From the NCBI GenBank assembly GCA_977020255.1, contig CDROCS010001088.1, positions 62,001 through 126,000 on the forward strand: a DNA stretch of 64,000 nt, given 5' to 3'. The notes beneath the pieces are model-generated. The model did no database searches. It saw only the letters and a list, made by a program, of their open reading frames with translations, and was not told where the DNA came from. The DNA is from Obrimoposthia wandeli (taxonomy: Eukaryota). A program made the translations under genes and the position numbers. Positions 37,955 through 51,379 of the stretch are shown here, piece after piece. The stretch's first letter is position 1. Each line of letters opens with the position of its first letter.

Positions 37955-40900
37955 TGTTAGGATTAGGTTTTGATAAAATGAAATAATTAGTTGAATTTAT
38001 ACTAAAATGAAAATCCTTAAAAACAAGGTTAAAATTAAATAAAATTAAAATTCAAAATTAAATTATTAAAATTAAAATAAGAATAAATGTTAGAAGACCA
38101 CGAAGGTCGTGTATAATGCGTTGTGTATATAAGTTAATTTAAAGGAAACAAAAGTGCAAAAAAATAATAAGCAAAAGAAATTAATTAAGAAATCAAATAA
38201 AGGAAAGAAGCGATTAATCAAGAAAAAGCCACTGTCAGCAAAAAAGTTAATTGCTGAAGAATAGACGTCAGCAGAAGAAAAAGAGGTAAGCACATTTTAA
38301 GTGCGGAGTCAATTATTTCTAGTCGCAGACCGGATCGATTGTTTTTAGTCGCCGACCAGGACAGGCAGTTAAGCAGAAGGAACTGATTGACAGCTCACGT
38401 CAATTCAGCAGACGGTTAGACTATATAAGTCTAGTTGGATTTAAATTGAAATATAGGGCAGAGAAATCAACAACACAATCGCTACCAAGTCAATTCTCTG
38501 ACTGAATCCGGTTTCCTCTCGATCCAGTCCGCAATCGCATCTGTGCAGTCGCCGAAACCTCGCGATCAAGTCCGCAGCAACCTCAAGTCCGCAATCACAT
38601 CTGAACAGTCGCAGCCGTCGCGATCCAGTCCGCGATCGACATCCAAGCAGTCTCTAACTCCTCTCTGGACGACATCTAAACAGTCGCAGCAATCCCGATC
38701 CAGTCCGCGGTTGAGATAGGTGAGAAGAAAGTTTAAAATACTTTGATTAAAAATTGTGGGAATATTTTGATTATAATTCTGTTTTGAGAAGAAAGTTTAA
38801 ATTACTTTGATTAAAATTTGTGGAAATATTTTGATTATAATTCTGTTTTGAGAAGAAAGTTTAAATTACTTTGATTAAAATTTGTGGAAATATTTTGATT
38901 ATAATTCTGTTTTGAGAAGAAAGTTTAAATTACTTTGATTAAAATTTGTGGAAATATTTTGATTATAATTCTGTTTTGAGAAGAAAGTTTAAATTACTTT
39001 GATTAAAATTTGTGGGAATATTTTGATTATAATTCTGTTTTGAGAAGAAAGTTTAAATTACTTTGATTAAAATTTGTGGAAATATTTTGATTATAATTCT
39101 GTTTTGAGAAGAAAGTTTAAATTACTTTGATTAAAATTTGTGGAAATATTTTGATTATAATTCTGTTTTGAGAAGAAAGTTTAAATTACTTTGATTAAAA
39201 TTTGTGGAAATATTTTGATTATAATTCTGTTTTGAGAAGAAAGTTTAAATTACTTTGATTAAAATTTGTGGAAATATTTTGATTATAATTCTGTTTTGAG
39301 AAGAAAGTTTAAATTACTTTGATTAAAATTTGTGGAAATATTTTGATTATAATTCTGTTTTGAGAAGAAAGTTTAAATTACTTTGATTAAAATTTGTGGA
39401 AATATTTTGATTATAATTCTGTTTTGAGAAGAAAGTTTAAATTACTTTGATTAAAATTTGTGGAAATATTTTGATTATAATTCTGTTTTGAGAAGAAAGT
39501 TTAAATTACTTTGATTAAAATTTGTGGAAATATTTTGATTATAATTCTGTTTTGAGAAGAAAGTTTAAATTACTTTGATTAAAATTTGTGGAAATATTTT
39601 GATTATAATTCTGTTTTGAGAAGAAAGTTTAAATTACTTTGATTAAAATTTGTGGAAATATTTTGATTATAATTCTGTTTTGAGAAGAAAGTTTAAATTA
39701 CTTTGATTAAAATTTGTGGAAATATTTTGATTATAATTCTGTTTTGAGAAGAAAGTTTAAATTACTTTGATTAAAATTTGTGGAAATATTTTGATTATAA
39801 TTCTGTTTTGAGAAGAAAGTTTAAATTACTTTGATTAAAATTTGTGGAAATATTTTGATTATAATTCTGTTTTGAGAAGAAAGTTTAAATTACTTTGATT
39901 AAAATTTGTGGAAATATTTTGATTATAATTCTGTTTTGAGAAGAAAGTTTAAATTACTTTGATTAAAATTTGTGGAAATATTTTGATTATAATTCTGTTT
40001 TGAGAAGAAAGTTTAAATTACTTTGATTAAAATTTGTGGAAATATTTTGATTATAATTCTGTTTTGAGAAGAAAGTTTAAATTACTTTGATTAAAATTTG
40101 TGGGAATATTTTGATTATAATTCTGTTTTAAGAAGAAAGTTTAAATTACTTTGATTAAAATTTGTGGGAATATTTTGATTATAATTCTGTTTTGAGAAGA
40201 AAGTTTAAATTACTTTGATTAAAATTTGTGGGAATATTTTGATTATAATTCTGTTTTGAGAAGAAAGTTTAAATTACTTTGATTAAAATTTGTGGAAATA
40301 TTTTGATTATAATTCTGTTTTGAGAAGAAAGTTTAAATTACTTTGATTAAAATTTGTGGGAATATTTTGATTATAATTCTGTTTTGAGAAGAAAGTTTAA
40401 ATTACTTTGATTAAAATTTGTGGAAATATTTTGATTATAATTCTGTTTTGAGAAGAAAGTTTAAATTACTTTGATTAAAATTTGTGGAAATATTTTGATT
40501 ATAATTCTGTTTTGAGAAGAAAGTTTAAATTACTTTGATTAAAATTTGTGGGAATATTTTGATTATAATTCTGTTTTGAGAAGAAAGTTTAAATTACTTT
40601 GATTAAAATTTGTGGAAATATTTTGATTATAATTCTGTTTTGAGAAGAAAGTTTAAATTACTTTGATTAAAATTTGTGGAAATATTTTGATTATAATTCT
40701 GTTTTGAGAAGAAAGTTTAAATTACTTTGATTAAAAATTGTGGGAATATTTTGATTATAATTCTGTTTTGAGAAGAAAGTTTAAATTACTTTGATTAAAA
40801 TTTGTGGGAATATTTTGATTATAATTCTGTTTTAAGAAGAAAGTTTAAATTACTTTGATTAAAATTTGTGGGAATATTTTGATTATAATTCTGTTTTGAG

Positions 40901-41507
40901 AAGAAAGTTTAAAATACTTTGATTATAATTGTCCTCCATTTGATTTTCAATTTGCCCAAATTGAAAGGAGTTTTGACCTCCATTGATTTTCAATTTATTA
41001 AAGTTTGTCCAATTTTAAGGAAGTTTTTACATCACCACCTTTATTGACATAAAATTAAAGGTTTAACCTCAAAGTTAAAAGCCGACAGTAGAGTTAATTT
41101 GATTTGAAAAATCTATAACGTGAGCTTATTCTCGAGTCAGAGGAACAACTCTAAAATCTCGATCAACCCGAAAGTAAAATCGATACGTGGTTCATCCCCA
41201 CTTGTGTAGAGACTTACAGAAGTCTTAGGAATTTTTACCATACTTTTTAGAAGATACGTACATAAACGTATTGTTGTGTTTTAGTTTAGTGTGTTACCAA
41301 TAAACGATTTCCTACATTAGAAAACGTTGTTTTAAACCCTTCAGATTAAGAGACGTCAAACAAACACCTTCAGATAAGCAATAGAGATAGGCAACCATAG
41401 CACTAAGTAGGCCACGACCAACTTTAAGACCTGCTTCTATTCGAACTCACGTTGGGGCCCTCTGCACACAAGAGGATCTATACAAGTCTCGTATAGAAAC
41501 CCCAACA
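37955..41507 (+). mobile_element. Solo LTR (copy B), 3553 bp, enlarged by an internal satellite
   Basis: TGTTAGG...CCCAACA termini; perfect TSD ctaa (37951-37954, 41508-41511); shares conserved blocks with A and C. Confidence 0.9.
38721..40930. repeat. 64-bp tandem array, 34 full units plus one partial
   Basis: Unit tgagaagaaagtttaaattactttgattaaaatttgtggaaatattttgattataattctgttt; first unit starts 38721, last (partial) at 40897 = 34 x 64 later, with no net indels. Confidence 0.98.
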
Positions 41508-42039
41508 CTAACAGTGTCTTCTCGTTGTTGATCTGTAGATTACATGTTGCGAATATTATATGATCTGATCCCACACTGGTGTTTTGGTCCATCAATTATT
41601 AAGATGTCATCTATGTGGTCATGAAACAGCGGGATATCCCATTTTGGTTGGAATATTTTTATAATCAGGGTTAAGGCTCATTGCAGATTTGCTGTGTTCT
41701 GGCATAGAAAAAACTAACTATTTCTTATAAATTTACTAAAATTTTATTCTTTTATAATAATATTGTCTCAAACAAGCTCAAAGATTTACCAAAAAACCTA
41801 TAAATTGGTTCAAATCTGACTTTTTATAAAAATTCCTAAAAATAACATATTAGAACACCATATTCAATTAAACTGAATTATATAAAATTCAAATATTACA
41901 AATTGACCAAAATAATAGTATTAGAACGAACATAATCTTCAACTAAACTTAATTCTATAATATCTTTTAAATCTTAAAATTATAAAAAAAACCGAAACGT
42001 CCTAGATTCATGTAGAAAACATATATATTATACAATAGT

Positions 42040-43250
42040 AATTGTATTATAACTTAGACGTTAAAGAATCATGTCGTGGTCTCTTGTTATGTCTGTGTGC
42101 TGAGGGTGATGTGGTTGGTGAAATGTCGAGGGTTGGTTTGTGTAATATAAATGTCCTCAAATCGTTTATGTCGGAATCGTTTTTGGTGTGTAACGTTTGT
42201 TGTGTGACGGGTTGGTTGTAGGAATGCAATTTATCTGTTGTTGTGGCTAATTCTTTCAATGTGTATCTTGCAGTGTTGTGAGTATTCTTTGTGTCTGGGA
42301 GTAATTGATTATTCCCCCTCTAGATTGACTTGTGTTTATCGCGTGTGTGAGGTTTTGGTTGGATGAGTTCTAATTTTTCTTTAATGTGTTCAAGTGTTGT
42401 CTCAGTTTTCTAGTGGAGTCGTAGTGTACATTAAATAAGTTTTCAATGATCTCACTTTTGTTTATTGTGTAACGTTAGTTTAAAATGAGTTTGATGTGTT
42501 GTAGTGGTGCACTATGTTTGTTTATTTCTGTGATGGCATCTGTGACCTCATTTAGGATTTGTGCAGATTGTGTGTGAATGATTTGATGGGGTTGTGTTTG
42601 ATATTGTTAATGCTAGGGAATCGATATGGTTTCCGTTAAAGTGAGCCATTAGTTGGATGTGCTGTTTTCGTCTAATGATACTTGTGGTTTACTGGTTTGT
42701 TGGTGTATCATTGACTCCGGTGATAATGTGGGAATTTGTATTTATGTTCTGAGGTGTGTTCTTCTGAAAAGATGTGTTGTGTGGAATCCAAATGTGCTTA
42801 CCATTACGATGATGGGAGAAAGTTATTAAAAAATAATTTATTGGTTAACTTTGATTTTTTCCTGGAAAGTTGTTGTAGAATTCTGAGGCTTGGCTGTGAT
42901 TGAGGACGGTCTTCTTTTTCTTTACACCAATATGTGACAATGAATTGTTGGGCAGTGTACTGGTAAGTAGAACAAAAACTCATGTAAACGAGGTAACTTT
43001 ATATTGGTGTTCGACAACGAGAACGATTAATCTTTGATTCAGAGACTGAAAGAGTTGGAGTTGTGGTCAACGATGATGAGATTATAATTGGATTAGTCAA
43101 AGAAAAGGATTGAGCAGTGGTGCAATGGACTCGATAATGGTACAACGATTTATTTATATTAGGCAACGATAAATTTTGTAAACGGAGTGACAATTTATTT
43201 AATTTTTTTTTCAAAAGTGTTTATAATAAATTTTTTTTCTAGATCTCAAT
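42040..43250 (-). pseudogene. Probable LINE ORF1 (gag-like) remnant
   Basis: Strong A/C skew on the minus strand. The segment YHYRVHCTTAQSFSLTNPIII...RSRCRTPI*SYLVYMSFCSTYQ has the spacing of a decayed triple zinc knuckle of LINE ORF1 proteins, with most Cys lost. Confidence 0.4.
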
Positions 43251-46200
43251 TGGCTTTTCCACGTTTCATATTTGAAGTTTTTAAAGTTTCCAATTTTATA
43301 TAGAACTTAATAGATTAATTATTTTTACTATAATGCAATATCGGCAAACACAAATGGGAACACCTATTATTCAGCAATTCACACCAGATGCCATGTGAAA
43401 TGAACTTTTGTCTCATTGGGGATAGAATTATTATATTAAATCGAATCCATATATTAATCAAAATTGTAAGATAAGTGTAAATAAGCGTGACTAGACTCAT
43501 AAAGTACACAATTTGGTGCATTTAAATCTCCAGATCAGAATTTCTCAGGTGAAAATCGAGCTCAAAATCAATTTTGGCATGTCTGAATTATTGTTAGAGT
43601 AATATTCATGATAAAAATAATCTCGATCAGTGTCATCTAAGGGAAGTTTTCAAAGTGAAAGCCACGAATCTTCATTATATTTACAAAAATAATTTCTGTA
43701 ACAATTTTAAATTATTATTAGCTTCCCACAGAGCCATTATAAAAGTTATAAATAAATAAATTTAATAAAATCACTTTGAGTTAAGTAAATTTGATAAATG
43801 GTTAACTCTCAAAATTTACGGACTCTCTGCTTATTAGATGATTGCAAGTAACTAATATTTTCTATTCTAAAAATGGGGTAACATTTGTTACAATTTTAAC
43901 TTGAATAAACAAATTAAAGAGTAAATTAATATATAAATAACATTTAAATTAATGAATATGAGAATCAAAGATAACATTAATGGATAACTAAGTAAATTTA
44001 GAAACATGTAAAAATAAACAAACATTAATGGACTGGTTGCTGCTGACTTAAACACTTGGTTGGATATATTTGATGAATGTTCAATTAAACGAGTAAGTCA
44101 AACTTAAACGGATGTAAATGAAAATGCCCTATAGGATCTATTTTAATGAAATGTATCGCTGTGCTTAATCAAAATTATTTTAATTTATTTTAATTATTAT
44201 TTAAATTTGCATCAGGTTTGAAGAATTAGAAAATCAACTCTAAAATGCGATTTTTCGTTTCAAATTATTTCCTTAATTAACATTATCGAAAATCGATAGG
44301 TTGGATGAAAGAAGCATTTTCGTGAAACATTATCGATTCTACCCAGAAAGTTATGGAATTGTAACTGCTGCTGCTGTGGGTGGTTTGGAGCTGGAATTGT
44401 GTGGATGCCCAGGAAAGAGTCATGGGATTCGATAATCACAGCGGGATTCTCAGTTTGGATGCGAAAATTCAGTGAGAATCTCGGCTTTTAGAGCTGCAAG
44501 AACGGCTGTGGGCAAATCAAAAGTCAGTAACCTGATTCAACAGAATATCGAGAAAGGGAATTTCTATATTTAATATTGTTTTTTAATTTTGTGTTGTTTT
44601 CTAATAAATGCTTGACTTCATAAATAAAAAAAATATGTTTTTTTTAATATTCCGGACGGATCCAGCTCTACGTTTTTCCTTTTTTATTGTATTTTGTTGT
44701 TATAGGGTTGCCGAAACACTTATAAAAATAAATAATCATACTTCTCTACAGTGTAAAACAAGACGCATTCATAATTTTATTAATTTTGTTTAAATAATTT
44801 AAGAAATGTATACAATATACACTTGAATAGTGTATACATGCAATATTGTAATCTTTGATAAGTTTATCTTTTTTTAATAACCGTGTATTTTTGTTGTTCT
44901 TTAGAAATAAACCAGAAGAAATTTTATTAATTAGAGACATTTAATGATATTAAGAACGCACTTAGGTATTTTTCTAACCTGATAATTTTAATTCTTGTCA
45001 GTCAATGTATGTGTGATTTTGTTTCTAATTTTAGATTACGTTAATAATTTGCTTTCAATATGGCTTGGAGAATTACAGAACTCTACGGCTTGAAAATCTA
45101 AACCATGATTTCTCAAAAGTGATGTTTTATATACTATTGAGAAGTTTTGAATTTCTACATAAAAATATAGATGGATGATGATTATACATTCAATGCCAAC
45201 ATAAAGCTTCACCACAGAAAACAGCAACTATTCGCTTCCCCAAACAAGCTTAATGAGTTGAGGTCCCTCATGCTTATTTTTAAAGTTTTTCTTTGAAGTG
45301 AATTTTAAGTTAAATGTGGTGCAAATAATTTTTTCCACTCTTAATTGTAATCTTAAAATAAATGTTGATTTTGTTGAATTAACATTTTTTGAGGTATCAC
45401 TTTATCACTCATCACTTCTAAATACCTGTAAAACCTGAACATTTTTAAACTAAACAATAAAATAATGTTTTTCCACATGCTCTTAAATAGTCAAAAATTT
45501 AACCAAAACTGTTACAAATTATTTTCTACAAGTATGTACGCTAAATTGTTTCTATAAATAATACTAAAGTTAATAATATGAAGTTAAAGTAGTCAACAAA
45601 ATGGAAAATTCCTGTTGTCACATGTTGTTCACAATTGTCGAAAACCAATAATTATGCCTAGTGACAATCCATGACAAAATTTCAAAAAAAACAGAGAAAG
45701 TTTATAGCGTCTGGAATTGAAAGATCATTCAGCTAAAGTGCATTTGTATATTTAACATTTATGCACTAATAAAAATAATATCAGTGTAGGAATTATATAT
45801 GAAAATTATCGTCTAGATATGGCGGATCTCGTGATGTGTGGTATTTTCCCCCTGTATCAGATTTTTGTTGTTGAAAAACTAACACCTCTATATTACATTT
45901 TAAAAAAACTTGATTAAGCATATAATTTGAAAAGTTATAAATTTAAAACAATATTTTTAATCTTGTTTACTTATTTTGTTTTTTCATACTTATATATATA
46001 CATATTAAATATTTACGCTATCTTCTATCACTTTAATGCTTGTAAATTGACATTGAAAGTCTCTAAATGTAATTTTAAAAATGCAAAAGAAAATAGAGAA
46101 ACATTATATAAATATGATTCACGAGACTTTAAAAAATAAGAATAAGTATTCTTAATCAAAGGCCAAAATACATATGGTTATTATATAAAATTATTCCCAA

Positions 46201-47279
46201 AAATAGTTTCCAACTTTGTTTAAAAGTATAAATTTATTCTTACTGTAGAATAATATCTATAGAATTAAGCGATTAAAGGCCGCCAACAATACCAAGGATA
46301 CCCATTGTCTTTTCACTTTACGACGATAGATTGCCAAATGGAAAAGTTGTAAGTCGTCTTTGTAAATTGTAGTAAATGGCGTCATGGATTGTGACAATTT
46401 GTATTATAATGTAATGTTAACCAATTTTCAACAGAACGAGCTCCACATTGTTAGAGAAATTGGAAACTAGTGGATTGGTATCGTGTGCAGTGTGTGGCGT
46501 CTTGAAAGCAGTCAATAGTGTATCCAATGACTATGTGCATAATTCATAGAAGCGGGTGTAAAGTGAAGCATCATTGTGTTAGAAGCAATTGATAGGCAGC
46601 AGACAATTCCTAGAAGCAGTGGTGGACTATGTTGTGAAAGCGTTTGTTGAGGTTACTGACTGTTTTGAAGTGGTACTGTACAATGATTTGCTGTTTGAGA
46701 TTGTTCATAGTAATCGAGTGAAAGAACCAAAATGGTTTGCTTCTAAATTATCTTTGTGGCACTTAGCTTAACAGTTCAGGGGCCCCAGAAACGCCCAACA
46801 GTAATGTGTTTATGACAAGAAGAACAGTGAATTTGAAAAACAGACAACAAACGTGTCAGTCAGAAATATAATAAATGTTGTCTGTGTAGACAAAGAAATG
46901 GGAAAAATTACAAGAGTCTAGTCACAAATTTACTTTTGGATAATGTATTATTATCAGACTAAGGATGCCATCTAAACTTTTTCTTATTTATTTCTACACA
47001 AATAGTCTCGAAAATAACTTTAATTAAAATGATTGGCTATCTCACAATAAGCTTCATTAGTAATTCATTGTTTTTAAATATAATTCATTTGTTTTATTTG
47101 TATGTCTGATGCATTAAAACTAATTGGATATTTTGAAACATGTTTTCTAAAATTTGAGTGATTTGCAGTTTTGTTTATTTTTAATTTATAATAATATAAC
47201 AATCATATATTTAATATATCGCTAATATCAAATAAATCTATGATTTATATTTCAATTGCGCTTCCTGCTGATTATTCTT

Positions 47280-48130
47280 CAAAATATTTTGTGAGTAGTA
47301 AAGTCTTTAACTGCTTCTTGAATTGACCAACATTGTTAAAATTTCTTATATCCGTTATCGTTATCTCTAGGACGTATATACAAGTTCGCAGCACCAGGCT
47401 CTAGAAGATCATATAAATATTTGAGCTTTAGTGAGAGAAGACATTTTTGATAATATGTAGGATATTGAATTCAATTAAAACATTGATCGGTAGCCAATAA
47501 AGCTTCGTTAAATGTTCACTTGTACTAGCACATTTTTTAGTTAGAATTTAATTATGACGGCTTTGTTTAAAATTTCATGTAGGCTATTTTATAATTAAAC
47601 TGCAAAATAAGTCTTGATGTATTAATGACATGCGTTAGCATTGTAGTTATCTCAGTAGTAATTTATTTTCTTCTTATTTTTTCTTTTATATGACTGTTGT
47701 ATATTCTTTCCAATTTATTATTTTGATAATTCATTGCAATATTTTCATCGAGGACACTACGAATGTTTTTTAAATGAAAAAAAAATATTCACCGACATAT
47801 TTGAAATTCCATTTTTTAGTACTGTTTATATTATTTTTATATCTAAAAAATTTAGCATCAGCTTTATTTTCACTCGTCTTTAATTGTCTTGATTTCATCC
47901 ATATAGCTATTTGATTAAAAATATTTTCAATTTCAGAAAATGTGATTTCGTAGTCATTTGACTCAAAATCAACATAAAGTGGTGAATCATCGACATAAAG
48001 GTGGAAATTAATATTTATATCTTGATAGATGACAAAGTATAAATAAAAATAGGATTTCAGCAAAAATCAAACCCTGTTGAACACTGCATTTTAGGTTATC
48101 GGGATATGAGACAGTATAATCAATTATAGG
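47280..48130 (-). pseudogene. L2/CR1-group LINE reverse transcriptase and 3' end remnant
   Basis: LKCSVQQGLIF (cf. GVPQGS), HLYVDDSPLY (YxDD), QIAIWMKSRQLK and the terminal FKKQLKTLL motif. Confidence 0.8.
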
Positions 48131-49817
48131 AAGTTGTAGAACAAAATGTAATACATTTTAAATCAATTCAGCTCTTTTCCATTGATGCTAATATTTACGA
48201 AATCATTTAAAATAATAAGAGAAAATTATTTTTATTACAATTTAATCATCAGATATGTCGTTTATTTTGGGGTCGAAGTTAAAAGTCATTAGATTTAATT
48301 CTTAGTGCTATAAATGTCCAAAAAGCAAAAGTGGAAATGATTTTAATAAAATAAAAGTCAGTTTTTCTGCTAATCTAGTTGAGTTATTACTGAAATTTTA
48401 TGATGCTATAAAAACGAAATTTTCTATCAAATTTTATGTTCCAATTTGGCATTATAATGTCCGATAGAGATAATAATTAAAACTGAGACCAAATTTGTCA
48501 CGATGACCATAATAATCGTCATCAATTTCATTATTATTACACGTATAATTGTTCTGACTAAATGCCTGATCATCACTGAGCATGTTTGAGGAAAATAAAT
48601 CACCACAAACTGAGAAGTGATAAAGTAACAAGGAGATTGTGATTGGTCCGAGGAAAATCTAAATGTCGTGAGGCATTTTCTGCTCTCCCTAGCTAGGCCG
48701 GATTGAACAGTTATCTGCTTAGAATTATCTCTTGACATTTAGTGATTTATCAATATATTTGTGCGAGAAACAAAAATTATTGAGAATAATGTTATTGTTG
48801 TTATAACGCTACTCAGTGGTTTGTTTTTGAATGAAATATCCAAGTAAGATTTAACACTAAGAACATTAAGTAACAAAGCTCACTCACTCACTGATGAAAT
48901 AAAGTACAATTTTTAAACAAATCATTCTAAATACGGCATTTTACTACCGTTTGCTTTTTGGGGAAACAAGTCACAGCGATATGGAATTGACATCCTTTTA
49001 ACCACCTAGAATTCGTGGAATTTATCAGTAATTCTCGCCAAATTATGGGAAAATACTTTGTACAGATCAATTTTAAAAAATGGTGCAACTAATTTAAAAT
49101 TTAAAGCAAGCAATTTAAAATATAATACATTAACAATTTACTTAATTGTAAGTTAAAAGTATAAAAGCATCAAAATTTTAAAAAAATCCTAAAATAAATA
49201 GTCACAAATCAATGCTATGAAAGTTGCTTATTTGTGGTTATCATTTTATGTATACGACGATAGTTAAATCAAAGTATGTTTTGTCTTGCCAGGCTCATCA
49301 GGTGGTCGCCAATGTTTCATACAATTTTTGTTTTACTTTAATGCACTTATTTACTACATAATCGTTTTACACAATATACATAAAACTTTGATTTTATCCT
49401 TAATCTGTATTATTTAATAAAGCCTTATTTATGTAATCAAAGTAATATAAAACTTCAATATAAAAAGTCATATCTTGTACACCAGACTTAGGTCATGTAG
49501 AATAATTAATTATTCAGTAGATATCATACAAAAAGAATGACACATTGAGAAACAATTTCTTGGACTCGTAGAAGTTATAAGTTCAACCAGGCAGAATTTG
49601 TTTGAACTATTATCATATAAGTACAAGCCTGGAATATAAATATAGATAATGTACGAGGAGAAGTTTCTTTTGTTTTCCTGAGATAATACAAGTAGTAAAT
49701 ACTTTTTGTCGAGCTTCAGTGATGCGTTGGACAGTTTTAAAGAAACATATTCCTTCTTTAACATAAAATCCCTCTCTGAAACTCTGATGGTCTTAGGAAG
49801 CTGAGATATTAAACTGG

Positions 49818-51379
49818 TGTTGGGGTTTCTATATGAAACTGTTTTCTAATATAGATCCTCTGAATGGAGGGCCCCAACGTGAGTTCTATAGAAGCAGGAC
49901 TTGTATATGTTTGTGGCCTACTTAATGTTATGCTTACCTCTCTCTAATTTTATCTGAAGGTTTGTTATTTCTAAATTTGAAGGTCGATAACAACGCTATC
50001 TAGTTGTAAAAAATCGTTTATTACAAAACACACTAATTTAAACACGTTCTAATTACGTTCTAAAAATGACAATACTATTCCTAAGACTTTCACAAAGTCT
50101 CTACACAAGTGGGGATGATCCACGTATCGATTTTATTTTAGGGTTGGTTGGTCACTCGAGTCTTTACTCTAAAATATGGCAAGGTTAAGTAGTAGGTTTT
50201 TGGAGAGCTGATTGCTCTAAAATAGGGAGTGAATTTAGAGAGCTTGTTGGTCTAAAATATGGGTAAAATATGGGACAGTTAATTCAGAATGCGGGACAAT
50301 TATATGAAAATTTTGGGGCAAGTTAATACAAAATGTGGGACAATTATATGAAAAATGGGCAATTATATCTTCTACATTTCTGCTCACAGTATTAGCAGTA
50401 TCTTCACAAATTCTTGTTCAGTATAAATTCAACGAACGCTTTTAATTCTTAGCGACTTTTATTTTCACGCTTTTTACTTTTTACTCAATCTTTAATTCTC
50501 AATACTTTCACGCTTGGCTCTTACCTCCTCCGAATAACCTGCGCGTCCGGTCTCGATTGGCCTCCTCAGATGTCGGCCGAACGTTTGATGTGCTGTGGTC
50601 GCACTGTTCGGTTCTCGTTCTAGGTGACGATTCTGACAGTATCTCCTCGGCTGGATTGGCTGCTCTCCTCCTCGTTTTTAGTTGGTCTCTTGGTTGGCCT
50701 CCGGATTCGGTTTCAGACTCGATCTCCAATATTTCTTATGTCGGCAGAACGTTCGGCTCGGTTCTCGTTTTTTGTTGTGCTGTCTGGGACAATCGAGTAA
50801 GTTCGCTTTTCAATTATTTAGTTTTACCTTCTTATTCTTTTTCGTTTCTATCTCCAATTAGCTTCGGTGCTCGGATTTTATCGACGAGTCTTATATTCTA
50901 ATTTTCTGGCCCTCACTTCTGGATTTCTCAATTTATATAGTTAAATTTCTATGTGGTAATTTCTACTTTGTTTCTTCGCTCAATTTATGTGTGGCAATTT
51001 CCCCTCTGCTTTTCTTACACGAGCTCAAATCGAGGGCCGGTTTCCTGTAACGCGATTAATTTATAAGTAATTAGCTAAGTGCTTCTTACCAAATCCTGGA
51101 CGACTGGCTGAATTCCCAGCGGTTCTTCTCGATCTACAGCTCCAATACCTGGAAAAATGTATCAATTTGCACTTAATATAAGTGCTCTTACTTCTAGACA
51201 GAGCAGACAGAGGCAGCTGTGATTGTTGCGATATTCTTCTTTCCTTCTTAATTTTTTCTTTAATTGAGCTTTCTTCTTCTAATCAATTCTTATTTTAAAT
51301 ATAACCTTGCTTTCAAGGATTTTTATTTTAGTATAAAATCAATTAATTATTTAAAATTACTCAAAACCTAATCCTAACA
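49818..51379 (-). mobile_element. Solo LTR (copy C), 1562 bp
   Basis: Plus strand reads tgttggggtttctat...cctaatcctaaca, the reverse complement of the A/B termini; perfect TSD ctgg (49814-49817, 51380-51383). Confidence 0.9.

Noticed and set aside
38721-40930. CRISPR array
   Set aside because: Head-to-tail units with no unique spacers, eukaryotic context and no cas genes.
46250-46790. Retroelement or gene fragment in a G/T-skewed island
   Set aside because: Three minus-strand frames gave no recognisable motif; left unannotated.
50508-50901. Overlapping ORFs of 73 and 114 aa
   Set aside because: They lie inside solo LTR C and reflect its GC-rich internal repeats.
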